Shown piece after piece: positions 12,185 through 24,769 of a DNA stretch of 64,000 nucleotides. A program made the position numbers and the translations under genes. Origin of the DNA: Octopus bimaculoides (taxonomy: Eukaryota). Each line of letters begins with the position of its first letter. Positions within the stretch are counted from its first letter, which is position 1. The notes below the pieces were generated by a model. The model worked only from the letters and a program-made list of their open reading frames with translations. It was not told the DNA's origin and searched no databases. Location of the stretch: assembly GCF_001194135.2 (NCBI RefSeq), contig NC_069003.1, positions 17,548,793 to 17,612,792 on the forward strand. Reading direction: 5' to 3'.

Positions 12185-12280
12185 CCTATTATTTGTCTTT
12201 TTCCACTCCACCTCCGAACCTTCATCTTCATCAGTGACAAAGCCATCTAGTGCAGTGCAATCGGGTGCCAGTTTCTTGGC
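12185..12280 (-). CDS. PLCL: PLCL-type PLC exon 8 in window (XY linker)
   Basis: attcacAG / GTATTT (weak donor, but the only one giving the required phase 0). Encodes AKKLAPDCTALDGFVTDEDEGSEVEWKKTNNR; 96 nt. The VTDEDE motif is shared with PLCL1/2. Confidence 0.9.
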
Positions 12281-12489
12281 CTGTGAATGAGAAAGTGGGG
12301 GTGCAAGTGATACAAAGTGAAACGGCAGGGAGACACAGAGAGAGAGAGAGAGAGACAGAGATACACAAGGACACAGAGAAGACAACACATAAGCTGCTGG
12401 TAGGAAAAAAAGCGAGATCAAAGTAGACAGCAATGTTACTTCATGTTTATGGATGTGATTTCAACAATACTTTTGCATACATTCACCTA

Positions 12490-13085
12490 CTGTCATTTTT
12501 TTGATCGGACATTCTCAAAATTCATCTGTTCAACTTACATTTCTACAAGTTCTATGTGTATACAAGAAGTCCTCAATATTCATTCATTTAATTCTCATCC
12601 CTAGTAATTTTTCATGTGTAAAAATGAAATAATACTTGTGTATGAATATACAGTAAATCCTTCAGATGTGTCTGTTCAACTCTTGCCTTTAATAATTCTG
12701 CGTGTCTAGAAATGAAATATTTGTCTGTGTGTATACAGGGAATTCTCAACATTTTCCTATTTGATATATCTCTAGTAGCTTTGTTTGTGTTAAAAATAAA
12801 ATCATAATTGGGAGTTTTTATGTGTGTATGCTGGAAGTTGTCAACATTCACCCAGTCAATTCTCTTCTCCAATAGTTTTGTGTGCATATAAATGAAATAG
12901 TATTTTTGCATGTGCGTATACAGGGATCTTCAGCATATTTCCATTTGACTCTCATTTCTAGCAGTTTTGTCTCTGTTAAAATTTTAAAAAGTATCTGTGC
13001 TTGGGTTGTACACAGAGAGTTCTCAACATTTGTCACTCAACTTTCTCCTTTAGTAGTTTCGTCTGTATTAAAATTAAAATCATAA
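12490..13085. repeat. Old diverged minisatellite, ~85-90 bp unit, about 6-7 copies
   Basis: Recurring gtgtatacaggga.ttctcaacatt...tagtagttttgt.tgtgt.aaaat.aaat pattern. Confidence 0.6.
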
Positions 13086-13839
13086 TTGCGTGTGTGTGCG
13101 CGCGCGCACGTATGAGTGTACAGAAAGTTCATTTAACATCTGTTGGACAGCTTGACAGGAACTAGCAAGGCCAGGATCCACACCAGGTTCCATTGGTTTC
13201 TACAGCTTGATGCCCTTCCCAATTACTTTACAGAGTGTACTGGGTGCTTTTTATGTGACACCATCACCAATGCTTTTTACATGGCACCAGCACCCACACA
13301 AATTCTTTTTTATGTGGAACCTTGGTTTAGGATCTTAATTTTGTTGTGGTGGGCAAGCTTTCTTGAGTGCAGCAATGTGCCATATGTCTTGGTTGTAGGT
13401 CAGATTGTTCAAATCTAAAGGACTGCTTATACTGTGGCCATGTTGGAGAACAGAAGAGCATTTGCTTTTTGTTATTTTTTTTAAAGATTGATTGTATGCC
13501 ATTCCTCCCCACCTCTGTATGTGAGTAAAAGGGAAAAAGTGTCAGTCTGGATCTAAAAGGAAGTAACCATGATGGAACACATTGCTTTGTACACCATCTT
13601 GTCACAATGATTCTTTAATCCCTTCTCAACATGTGTACATACGTACATGTGTGTAGCTATGCATAAATACACACACACATATATATATAGGTGCAGGTAT
13701 GCCTGTGTAATAAGAAGCTTGCTTCTTAGTTCAGTGCCCCTGTGTGACATCTGGGTCTCCTACTATAGCCTTGGGCCAACCAAAGCCTTGTGAGTGGATT
13801 TGGTAGATGGAAACTGAATAAAGCCCATCACATTATCAT

Positions 13840-14700
13840 CATCATCATCGTCGTTTAACATCTGCTTTCCATGCTGGCATAAGTTGGATGGTTTGACTGA
13901 GGACTGGTAAGCCAGAAGGCTGCACCAGGCTCCAATCTAATCTGGCAAAGTTTCTACAGCTGGATGCCCGTCCTAACGCCAACCACTCTGAGAGTGTAGT
14001 GGGTACTTTTATGTGCCACTGGCACGAGGGCCAGTCAGGCGGTTCTGGCAACGACCACGCTCAAAAGATGTTTTTTACATGCTACCTGCACAGGAGCCAG
14101 TCTTGCGGCACTGGCAATGACCATGCTCAAATGTTGTTTTTCATGTGCCACCGGCACACGTATCAGTAAGGCGACGCTGGCAATGATCACGCTCGAATGA
14201 TGCTTTTTATGTGCCACTGGCACGGGAGCCAATCAGCGGCCCTGGCAATGATCATGCTTGGATGGTGCTTTTAATGTTCCACTGGCACGAGTGCCAATCT
14301 GGCAGTACTGTCATCAACCATGTCAGCAATTTTGATTTTGATTTCACTTGCCTCAACAGGTCTTCGCAAGCAAAGTTTATTGTCCAATGAATGAAGGGTA
14401 CGCATAAGTGGGTTGGTTACACCCACTAACATAGGCCACAGGTTATGGTTTCACTGTGTTTGTCAGGTCTTCTCAAGCACAACATTTCTTCAAAGGTCTT
14501 GGTCACTAGTCATTGCCTTGGTAAGACTCAATGTTCAAAGGTCATGCTTCACCACCTCATCTCCATGTCTTCCAGGGTCTACCTCTTCCACAGGTTCCTT
14601 CAACTGCTGGGGTGTGACACTTTTTCACACAGCTGTCCTCATTCATTCGCAACACATGACCATACCAGTGCAGTTGTCTCTCTTGCACACCACATCTGAT
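13840..14700 (-). mobile_element. RTE LINE 3' end with five ~62 bp tandem units in its 3' UTR
   Basis: GVQERQLHWYGHVLRMNEDSCVKKCHTPAVEGTCGRGRPWKTW on the minus strand, then a UTR with repeated gtgcca(c/t)(c/t)ggcac units (14010-14310) and a (CAT)n tail. Confidence 0.88.
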
Positions 14701-15794
14701 ATATATATATGCCAGTGCTGCATAAATGTACCTGTGCCAGTGGTTGGCATCAGGAAGGGCATCCAGCCATAGAAACGATGCCACAATAGACAGAGTCTGG
14801 ACAGCCTCCCAGCATGGAAAACAGATGTTAAACGATGATGATGATGATGATATATATATGTGTGTGTGTGTGTGCGTGTCCTTGTGTCTGTGTTTATGCC
14901 CCACCACTATTTGACAACTAGTGTTAGTGTATTTAAGCCCCAGTAACTTAATGGTTCAGCAAAAGAGACCAACTGAATAAGTACTAGGCTTTAAAAAAAT
15001 AAACCCTGGGGTTGATTTGTTCAACTAAAACTGTTCAAGGTGCTGCCCCAGCATGGCCATACTCAAATGACCGAAACAAGTAAAAGATAAAAGATATACA
15101 CACACATGCAAACATATCCACATACACATTACACTCAAGAATATAGTTCCATGTCGAGAGCTTTATAAAGTATTCACAACTTTGAAAGACAAATTTCAAC
15201 TCAGTTGTTGTAGAACTATTTGTTCCAGTACATTTGTCCAGCTGCTATACACTAACAGGTTAGAGGAAGCTTCATTTGTTGAGCCACTTCAGGAGAGGAC
15301 AATAAAGCTGTGAGGTAGTACTAAATATGTTATTTAATGTGTTTTATCCAAATTTTCTTTCTATTTTGTTCCTCACCTAAAATTATTTAGTGAGTCATTT
15401 ACTGTTTTTTGTGTGCATACATATAAATACATATATGTACAAACATATTTCCATGCATAAAAACATGTATACATACACATATATACATGAATTACAGATA
15501 TACATACTTACATATATATGCATATACATATATGCACACACTTATTCTTAATAACATCATCCTAAACTAATGTGGAACTGATAGAAATATCTAAAGCATT
15601 ATGATAATGTTGATGATAATGTTGTAAAGTGCAAGGTCAGAACCAATCAAGTAAGATCTATTCTGATCAAAAATATTCCAGTCATGGCCATTCTATCTTT
15701 CTCCTAAGTACAGTGAATCTGGAACAACATGTAAGACAATGAGGGAAATTGGTGGCATTTCTAGCAAGTCAGGGAATCATGTAGAAGCTTACTT

Positions 15795-15920
15795 GGTTGG
15801 TGGTGGTGGTGGTAGAGATGGTGGTAGTGGTATTTATGGTGGTGGTGGTTGTGGTTGCAGTGTTGATGGTTGTGTGTACTAAAAGTAACAATAATAATGG
15901 TGGTGGTGGTGGTGATGATA
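15795..15920. repeat. (GGT)n-rich microsatellite
   Basis: Direct inspection. Confidence 0.9.
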
Positions 15921-16368
15921 ACACAGAACCTGAGTCTGTAAACAATATTGATACCATGAAGAGACTCCAGTTTGAGGTGGGCTTTCTGTATTTAGTCATG
16001 GATGAATTAATTCTCTAAATAAAAAAAAGGCCAGTGGGTTGAAGAGTTGGGGGTCAAATTCCTAAATGGTTGACTGACTTTCAACAGACAAACATTTGTG
16101 TAAAGGTGAGAGGAATATTACACTGTGGGGTAACTTGAGAATAATTAACTCCACAGCAACAATGACAACATCAACATCAACAACTACAATAATAACTACA
16201 GTATATAGGACATGAAGCACTGTAACAAAATATCTTGGATCAATGGCATTAAAGAATGGCAAATAGTTTTGTCTCAGATGAAAACAAATTCAAGTTACTT
16301 TGAAAAAAATACAAAAAGTTTTAAATATGTTTGTCATGTAATACCAATGTAAATCTTTTAATCTTCCA

Positions 16369-16399
<31 letters not shown>

Positions 16400-16403
<4 letters not shown>

Positions 16404-17292
16404 ATAATAATAATAATAATCCTTTCTAATAGAGGCACAAGGCCTGAAATTTTGGGGGAGGGGATGAGTCGATGACATCGATCCCAGTGTTTCACTGGTA
16501 CTTATTTTATCGACCCCAAAAGGATGAAAGGCAATGTCAACCTTGGCAGATTTTGAACTCAGAACATAAAGATGGATGAAATGCCACTAAGCATTTTTCC
16601 TGGAGTGCTAACAATTCTTCCAGCTCACTGCCTTAATAATAATAATAATGATGACAATGATGATGATGATGATGATGATGATTTCAAATTTTGGCACAAG
16701 GCCAGCAGTTTTGGGAAAGTGGGTAAGTCAATTGCATTGACCCTAGTGTTCAATTGGTACTTATTTTATCATCCCCAAAAGGATGAATGGCAAAGTCAAC
16801 CTCAACAGAATTTAAACTCAGAACATGACGATGGACAAAATGCCACGAAGCATTTTGTCCAGTATGCTAATGATTCTGCCAGCTCGCCTTATAATAATGA
16901 TGATGATGATGATGATTTCAAATTTTGGCACAAGGCCAGCAATTCTGAGGAGGAGGCTAGTCAATTGCCTTGACCCCAGTGTTCAACTGGTACTTCTTTT
17001 ATCAACTCAGAAAGGATGAAAGGCAAAGTTGACCTCAGCAGAATTTCAAAACGGATGAGATACCATTAAGTATTTTGCCCAGTGTACTAATGATTCTTCC
17101 AGCTTGCCACTTTCCATAATAATAATAATCCTTTCTACTATAAGCCCAAAGCCTGAAATTTGGAGGGAAGGGATGAGTCGAATATATCAGCCTCAAAAGG
17201 CCACAGCGGAATTTGAACTCAGAACGTAAGGACAGACGAAATGCCACTAAGCATTTTGCCTGAAGTGCTAATGATTCTGCCAGCTAGCTCCT

Positions 17293-17334
<42 letters not shown>

Positions 17335-17530
17335 TTAAAAATTTTGGAAGAAGGTCAGCAGTTTTAGGTGGAGGAAGTTAGTTGATTGCATCAACTCCAG
17401 TACTTGGCTAGTATTTATTTTATCAACTCCAAAAGGATAAAATGCAAAGTTGAACGACCTCAGCAGAATCTGAACTTAGATTGTAAAACTAGAAGAATTG
17501 CCACCAAGCATTTTATATGGAATACTAATG
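16400..17530 (-). mobile_element. Head-to-tail array of five S1 SINEs
   Basis: Copies at about 16420-16632, 16681-16888, 16915-17108, 17129-17292 (central deletion) and 17335-17530, separated by (TAA)n/(GAT)n. Confidence 0.9.
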
Positions 17531-17574
17531 ATTCTGCCAGCTTGTGCTCTGAATAATGATGGACTATCCCGTCA

Positions 17575-17840
17575 AAAATGACGTATGAGTGTTCAGCTTT
17601 TGCTGAAGAACCTGCACAGATGATTTGTTTATAGTGGTGAAAAGTATGTGCTGTACATTAGCTCAGTCCTTCCATCAATTTGATGTTACCTGAACAGGTG
17701 CATAAGGTGCCATGCATCAGGTGTTGAAGTAATCACAGAGCAATGATATGTTTTGCTCAAGAACACAATGCACTACCTGGTCTAGGAACTGAAACTGCGA
17801 TCTTGCGATTGTGAGTGCAATACTGTAACCACTAGGCCAT
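17575..17840 (-). mobile_element. tRNA-derived SINE family S4
   Basis: Homologous to 31955-32215 (-) and 44225-44490 (+). The plus copy shows tagcctagtggttagg...ggtttcaattcc and gtgttcttgagcaaaacac. Confidence 0.75.
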
Positions 17841-17859
17841 GTGTCCTCACACAAAAGGG

Positions 17860-18165
17860 ATTGCACCCAGAAAGTTCCCCTCCTAAGCACAGAGCCAGGT
17901 AAGGTTGTTTGTGGAAGACCAGCAGTCGCCCATGGATACCAGCCTCCCCTCTCCATGTCACCAATGTTGTCCAGGGGAAAGGCAAAGTCCGATACAGCTT
18001 GGCACCAATGACATCACAACTTGTTTCTACAGCTGAGTGAGCTAGAGCAAACTGAAAGAAAGTGTCTTGCTCAAGAACACAACACAACCCAGTCTGGGAA
18101 TCAAACTCCCAACCTCACCATTGTAAGCCCAACAATTTAACCACTGAGTCATGAACTTTCATATC
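17860..18165 (-). mobile_element. tRNA-derived SINE family S5
   Basis: Minus strand reads tgactcagtggttaa...gagtttgattccc...gtgttcttgagcaagacactt. A partial relative lies at 25740-25910. Confidence 0.65.
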
Positions 18166-18202
18166 TGAATAATAATAATAATATTCATGCAAGAAGAAGA
18201 AT

Positions 18203-18360
18203 TTCTAATATAGGTACAAGGCCTGAAATTTTGGGGGAAGGGGTTAGTTGATTACATTGAGGTCAGTGCTCAACTAGTACTTATTTCATCAACCTGGAAA
18301 GGACGAAAAGCAAAGTCAACTTTGGTGGAATTTGAACTAAGAATGTAAATATAGACAGAT
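18203..18360 (-). mobile_element. Truncated S1 SINE
   Basis: ggtacaaggcctgaaattttggggg...caaagtcaactttggtggaatttgaact. Confidence 0.75.
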
Positions 18361-18369
18361 AGAATTCTC

Positions 18370-18872
18370 TGTCAGGAAATGAAAGAGAAGATGAGAAATG
18401 AATATCTTAGGAGAATAAAAAAGGTGCTACATTCAAAACTGAATGGAAAGAAAAGCATCTCCGTAGTAAATACATGGATGGTCTCTCTAATACAATATTC
18501 TGCTGCTTTCATGAACTGGACTAAGGAAGAACTAAGAGACATAGACTGTAAAACCAGAAAGACAACGTTCATGTACAGGTCATTACATCTCAGAGACAAG
18601 GAGAGGACTGACAGTAATAGAAGACTGTGTAGAGATAACAAAATTGTGACATAGAAGAGTATGTGAGAAGTAATTCAGAAAGACTGATTTCAGCTACCAG
18701 AGAAGAGGAGACAGAAGCTGTAGAGACTGCAACAAAATACAAGAAAAGAGGAAAACAGGAGCAAGAAAGAAACATTTGGGAAAAGAACTACATGGTCAGT
18801 ATCTCAGACAAACGCAGGATGTCACAGCAAATGAATCTTGGTTATAGTTGAAGAATGGAGACCTTAAAAAAG
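18370..18872 (+). pseudogene. Non-LTR retrotransposon fragment, R4/Dong-like (RLE clade) post-RT region
   Basis: EYLRRIKKVLHSKLNGK...NTW.V..IQYSAAFMNWTKEELRDIDCKTRK and a later WEK..HGQYLRQ-like segment. Confidence 0.75.
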
Positions 18873-19099
18873 TGTAGTAAGATATAAAATTATCTTTTCA
18901 CTGGAGAGTGAGTTAGTTGTGCTTGGACAGACGCTAACCAGGAAGGGTTGGTGTTGTATGGATTTAAGCAACAACTTCCGCCTAAGGCTAGAATGCGCCT
19001 TCAAACAGAAAGTTAATTCAGTTGCTGCTGGTATGTTGGATGGTCAATCAGAAAGTACATTTTGAACCCATATGACCTACATTTTGCAACACTTGAACT

Positions 19100-19367
19100 T
19101 CATGTGTGTACATTTTGCTGTTTTGAATATTATTGCTTCATGGCATCAATTAAAAGTTCCTGCTTTGCTTGTCCATTTGACCATATGGCGGAGTGGTGAC
19201 ATGTTTGATAAGAAACGTTTTATAAAAATTTCTGAACTTGTCTGACATAAATTGAGTTTCCATTATCAGATGCAATGATACCAGGAACACCATATCTGGT
19301 GAACAATTTGTGTAAAAAACTTACTGTAACTGCAGATGTCGGCTTTTTGTATTTATACACTTCTGGC
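19100..19367 (-). pseudogene. Ty3/Gypsy integrase core fragment
   Basis: KWPEVYKYKKPTSAVTVSFLHKLFTRYGVPGIIASDNG...F...HVTTPPY...SNGQA, with frameshifts. Confidence 0.85.
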
Positions 19368-21330
19368 CACTTCATTTCTTGAGTTTTGTGCATAAAATCA
19401 GAAAATGAACTTCATTTTACTATAATCACCTACCATTTTAATGCAAATTACTACTTTTACTTTTTAGTAGTGCTATCAATTTTTAAATTTTGTATGTAAA
19501 TGCTCTAAGGATTTTCTTTCACAGGAATTTTCAGAGAGCTAAATATTCATTTAATAACTCTAATATGCCTAAAAGAGCTTGCAAAAATTCTCCGGATAAG
19601 TTTTGTTACGTTTGTGGAAATTATGTGATATAAAAACATCAGCAAAGTCTCACTACTTATATCAAAAAACTTTACCACCTGTACTTCAAGCACAAGGTTG
19701 GAGACTAAGACAAGAATTGGGTACCTCACATATGTTGTAAAAACTGTTCAAGCTCGCTGTCAAGATGGCTTAATGGAACACAAACAGTTGCCATTTGGTG
19801 CTCCAATGGTTTGGAGGGAGCCTCGGGACCACACAACAGACTGTTACTTCTACTTGGTTGACATAAAAGGTATTAATTACAACTTTCAAAATTTTTAACG
19901 TATTGATTTATTTGTATTATATTATTATAATACTTATATTATTATAATTTGTATTGAATTTATACTCTGTAATATTGAAATTTTTTATTCAACTTTTTTT
20001 TCCATATCACACCAAGAAAAGTGAAAAATCGATTATGTATCCTAACCTTAAATCAGCTACTGTGCCCCATTCTGCAGAGATTCCAGTTTCTGAACCACCC
20101 CCAGAATGCATCCATCATCCAATTCAGAAGACTCAGATGACACAGATGCAGAATTTAATGACTCATTTGAACTAGCACAAACATCATTGGAGCCAAAGTT
20201 TTTTTAGTCAGCCCGAATTAAATGATTTAGTACAGGATCTAGGTTTAACAAAACAGCAAAGTGAATTACTCACCTCTTGGTTTGAAGAGAAAAATTTACT
20301 AGAAAAGGACATAAGAATTACAAAATTTAGCGCTTGTTCTGATAATTTGCAGCATCATTTTTCAATGAAGAACATCAATATCCAGTGATTGTTTAATGAC
20401 CTTAATATTGTCTACGACCCAGAAGAATGGAGATGCATCTCTATGCAGTACTAAGGCTGTTCTCTTAAATAATAGCAATGCTTTCCCATTTGTACCCATT
20501 GCACATTTATTTTAAAGGAAAACTATAAAACCTTGGCTTTTATATTAAATAAAATGAACTACGATGAACATAAATGGCTCATGTGCTGACTTAAAAGTAG
20601 TTGCACTGTTAAATGGACTGTAAACTGGCTATACAAAATACATGTGCTTCCTTTGTAAATGGGATAGTAGGGCAAAAGCAGAGCACTATATCCATTCAGA
20701 ATGGCCATCATGTGATGTACTAATACCAGGCTCACATAATTTTATTCGGGAACCTCTTGTCGAAAAAGAGTTCTGTTGCCTCCACTACACATTAAATTAG
20801 GTCTCATGAAGCAATTTTTCAAAGTTCTAAAATATGATCAGCCAGTACTTCAGTGTCTAAAAGGCAGCTTCCTAAGTTAAGTGACGCTAAAGTAAAGGAA
20901 AGCATCTTTGTTGGATCGCAAATTCTATTTTTTACATTCGCATCTTGATTTTTTCCCGGAGAATACTGTAGATGTTAGCAATGAGCATGGAGAAAGATTC
21001 CATCAAAATATAGCTAAAACTGAAAATAGATATAAAGGTAAATAGAGTCTTGCAATGCTTGCAGCTCTTTGCTGGAATCTCCAACGTAATGAACCAGATG
21101 TTAAATATAAAATGATGCGAAAATATAGTCAACAATAAACTGAAACAAACACTCTTATAAATGAATGTTCCTTTTCCATTTTTGTATATATAACGATGTG
21201 CCTGCATATAGTAAATATGTTTAATAAAGAAAAAATTTACTTAAAACTCATGAAATTAGGTAAGTTTTTGTGATTTAAACTAATATACTAAAAATATAAA
21301 CATTCTGATATAGCAAAACTTTAAGAACAG
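19368..21330 (+). mobile_element. Chapaev3-like (CMC) DNA transposon remnant with decayed transposase (about 19565-21130)
   Basis: MPKRACKNSPDKFCYVCG, PFGAPMVWREPRDHTTDCYF, ELNDLVQDLGL, GYTKYMCFLCKWDSRA, LHIKLGLMKQF, SNEHGERFHQ motifs in order. Family name assigned from memory of these motifs. Confidence 0.75.
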
Positions 21331-21399
21331 TCACTATAGAGTTTGTTTAATTAGAATATGTAAGCTGAAGTATCTAATTGCTATTGGCTAAAAATTGGT

Positions 21400-23895
21400 G
21401 GGTGATAGAGAAAATATGACTGTAGATTTTGTAAAGGTAGCAGTGATTTTAGTTTGTGTAATAATAAAAAAAAATTTGTTGTACAGTGTAATCGCTTTTG
21501 TAGTGTGGTTGGCACAATGGCTCTTTGTGCATACATCAACACATTGTCACACATTGAGAAATGGTTTGCATTTGAGTTGCACATATTTTTATCTCTTTTA
21601 GCTTTCAATATTTCTGTAATCTTTTTAATGAATTTATTATTTTCTGATTTTAATTTTATGTCTTGTAAAGTAATTGGCAGCTCATGTTTGATGTTACACA
21701 AAACATTTTAAATTTTATTTTTTGCTCACAAAGCAGCAATCATGGTATCTTTAAATGGTTCAGCATTTTATGAAATCAGTCTTGATAAACAATCAGCATG
21801 ACCTAATTTCTTGGATGGTATATACTACATCTTAAAATCATAATTTAATAATAACGTACCCTAGCATTGCAACTTATTAGCAGTACAGATAGAAATTCCT
21901 TTCTTCAACCCATATATCGATAATAATGGATGATAATCAGTCTGTAGTAGGAAATTTTTACCATGTAAAAATCTGTGAAATTTTCATGGCAAAGCCTCTT
22001 TTTTGATTTTGCTGTAATTTTTTTCAGCTGATATCAGAGAATGTGAGGCATGAACCACTGCCTTCATGTCATCACCTTTATATTTATGTAGCATAACTGC
22101 TCCTATACTGTACTCACGTATTCAGAAGCATCTGAAGCTACAACAATCTCCGTTGCAGGGTTGAAGTGTGCTAATGACAAAACAGATATTAATATTTTTT
22201 TAATTTTATCAAATGCCTTTTGACAATTTTCTGACCAATTCCACTTCACATCTTTTAGAAGACTATTCAGTGGAACCCTCACCTTATGCATATTTGGAAT
22301 ATAATTTTGGTAATAACTTGCCAGCCCCAAAAAAAGTGTGTACGGTTACAGTATTTGTCGGAGGCGGCAAATTTTTTATTGCGTCTGCAATTGAAGGATC
22401 TGGTTGGTGTCCATTTCTGTTGATAATTTGTCCTAAATTTGTCCTAATTTTGGTGAGAAAAATACACACTTTTTTTCAATTTTCTCGAACATATTTTACA
22501 TGTTCTACTTGTTGGTCACCGGATTTGCTTTTAATGAGTGTATCATCCAGATATGGAATTGCGAATACACAGTCTGCTAACATTGCATCCATAATCTGTT
22601 AAAAAATCACCAGTGTGATTTTTTAGCCAAATGGTAACCTGTTGTATTTATACAGTCCTTTATGTGTGTTAATTGTTAGGTATTTAGAGCATTCATAATC
22701 TCCTCTAATTTGTAGGTTTGCATCACAAAGATCCAATTTAGAAAATATCTTGCCACTGTTTAATTTTGTGAAAATATCCTCTGGAGTAGGTAGTGGATAG
22801 TGGTATGTTTTAAGACATTCATTTAAACCAGTGGGAAAATCAGCACACAGTCTGATTTTATTATTCTTTTTCTTAACATACACAGTGGGTGCTGCCCATT
22901 GACTATAGTCCACTTTTTGGATAACTCCAATTTTTCCTAGTTTCTCTATTTATCTGTTCTAATGCTGTGAACGGTACAGTTCGTTTTTGTTTAAATGTCA
23001 GTATGGTGTTTTCTTTTATTTGAAACTTTGCCTTCATTTTGGTGCACAGATCTAATTTATCAGACAGAACCTCAGGAAAAATCTATTTTAATTTTTTAAA
23101 ATTTGTCTGACTGGCAGAAAAACCATTTACATTTTTACAGAAAAGATTTAAGGGGATGGTTCCATAAGTTAAATAATTCCATCCAGTCAATTCCAAATAA
23201 ATTTGTCATACTATTCGACACAAAAACTTTGGCTTTTAAAGGTTTTTTCATGAAATGTAATGTCATTTATCAATTTGTCCTTAAAATATTTTTTTCCTGA
23301 AACACCACGAGCAATTTTTGAAGTTTCTTTTAATCTAGGTCTCCTGATTTTTTCCATGTAACTATTGAGATATCACTACCCATATCCAATTGTAACTTTA
23401 TGTTTGTGTTATTAATTCTTACATACACAGTTTTCCTTTCAGTTCCTATTTCTTGTCAGCGATAACCTACTTACATGATTTTTTCTGTTGAACTGTTTTT
23501 TAGGTTTTGTTTTACAGTGTGATTTTTTATGACCTATCTTACCACACTTGAAGCATTTTATATTTTTAAACAGACAGTTGCTTTTAAAATGTAGACCACT
23601 GCACCCATAGCATGGATTTGGTCTTGACAGTTTTTTTCTAATCTGATACCAATTGACATGCATGAATATGAGAGCAATCTTTCTCTTTAATTCTATCTGC
23701 GTCTTGTCGTAGATTTATAATCCTGACATTCTTCTGCTACTGCCTGTAGAGTTAAATTTCAGTCCTGTTCTGCATCTTTGCTTGCAGTAAGCCCTTGAAC
23801 AAAAATTAAACACGGGATCAACTCATTCAATTTGAATTTCTCACACTCTCTGTTAACTGCTTTGGCATAGGTGACAAAATTTTTTTTCACCAAAT
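21400..23895 (-). pseudogene. Ty3/Gypsy (Mag-like) LTR retrotransposon gag-pol remnant
   Basis: Gag zinc knuckles (CYGCSGLHFKSNC...CFKCGKIGHKKSHC), RT (WAAPTVYVKKKNNKIRLCADF...FSKLDL...YKYNRLPFG), RNase H (VVASDASEY) and integrase N-terminus. No LTR identified. Confidence 0.88.
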
Positions 23896-24029
23896 TTAAA
23901 TATTGCCAGTGAGTATTGAACAGGGAACTTCTTTCACTGAAAATTTTCTATAAAATAGTGTTTCATCGAAACAAATTTCACCTGGTTTCTTTGGCAGAAT
24001 ATAGCTACAATATTTTTTGTGTTCGGCAG

Positions 24030-24270
24030 GGAATAGGAGTGGCTGTGTGGTAAGTAGCTTGCTTACCAACCACATGGTTCTTGGTTCAGTCCCACTGCGT
24101 GGCACCTTGGGCAAGTGTCTTCTACTATAACCTCAGGCCGACCAAAGCCTTGTGAGTGGATTTGGTAGAGGGAAACTGAAAGAAGCCCGTCGTATATATG
24201 TATGTTTGTTTGTCCCCCCAACATCGCTTGACAACCAATGCTGATGTGTTTACATCCCTGTAACTTAGTG
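24030..24270 (+). mobile_element. S2 SINE
   Basis: ggagtggctgtgtggtaagtagcttgc...ggttcagtcccactgcgtggcaccttgggcaagtgtc. Confidence 0.85.
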
Positions 24271-24299
24271 GTCAACTCAAGTGAAATAATAGTTGTGGC

Positions 24300-24765
24300 C
24301 AATGCCAGTATCATGTAACTGGCACTTGTGTTGGTGGCACATAAAAAGTACTCTTCAAATGTTGGGTGATATGCCTGTCAAGCGAAGTGAATCGTAGTTA
24401 TGACTGATGCCAGTATTGCATAACGGGCACCGGTGCTGGTGGCATGTAAAAAGCACTGTTCGAATGTTGAGCCTCACATAGGCAGTGACAAGTGACCGAG
24501 ATCTTTAGCAATATACTCTGCTTGAGAAGACCTGTAAAGCCAAGTGGGGTTGTAGTTATGGCCAACGCCAGTGTTTCGTAACTGGCACCCATGCTGGTGG
24601 CACATAAAAAGCACCCACTACACTGTTGGAGTGGTTGGCATTAGGAAGGGCAGCCAACTGTAGAAACCATGCCAAATCAGACTGAAGTATGGTGCAGCTC
24701 CCAGGCTGTTAAACTGACCAACCCATGCCAGCATGGAAAATAGATGTTAAATGATGATGATGACT
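24300..24765 (+). mobile_element. RTE-type 3' UTR/tail
   Basis: 2-3 gtgctggtggca(c/t) units, then ggaagggcagcc...ccatgccagcatgg-(GAT)n. Confidence 0.8.
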
Positions 24766-24769
24766 CTGC

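Noticed and set aside
14010-14310. CRISPR-like repeat/spacer appearance (also 48720-48965 and 8580-8720)
   Set aside because: The apparent spacers are homologous to each other, the arrays lie inside eukaryotic LINE UTRs, and there are no cas genes.
18873-19100. Gypsy LTR (starts TGTAGT)
   Set aside because: No second copy near 23900, no clear CA end, and no polypurine tract or primer-binding site visible.
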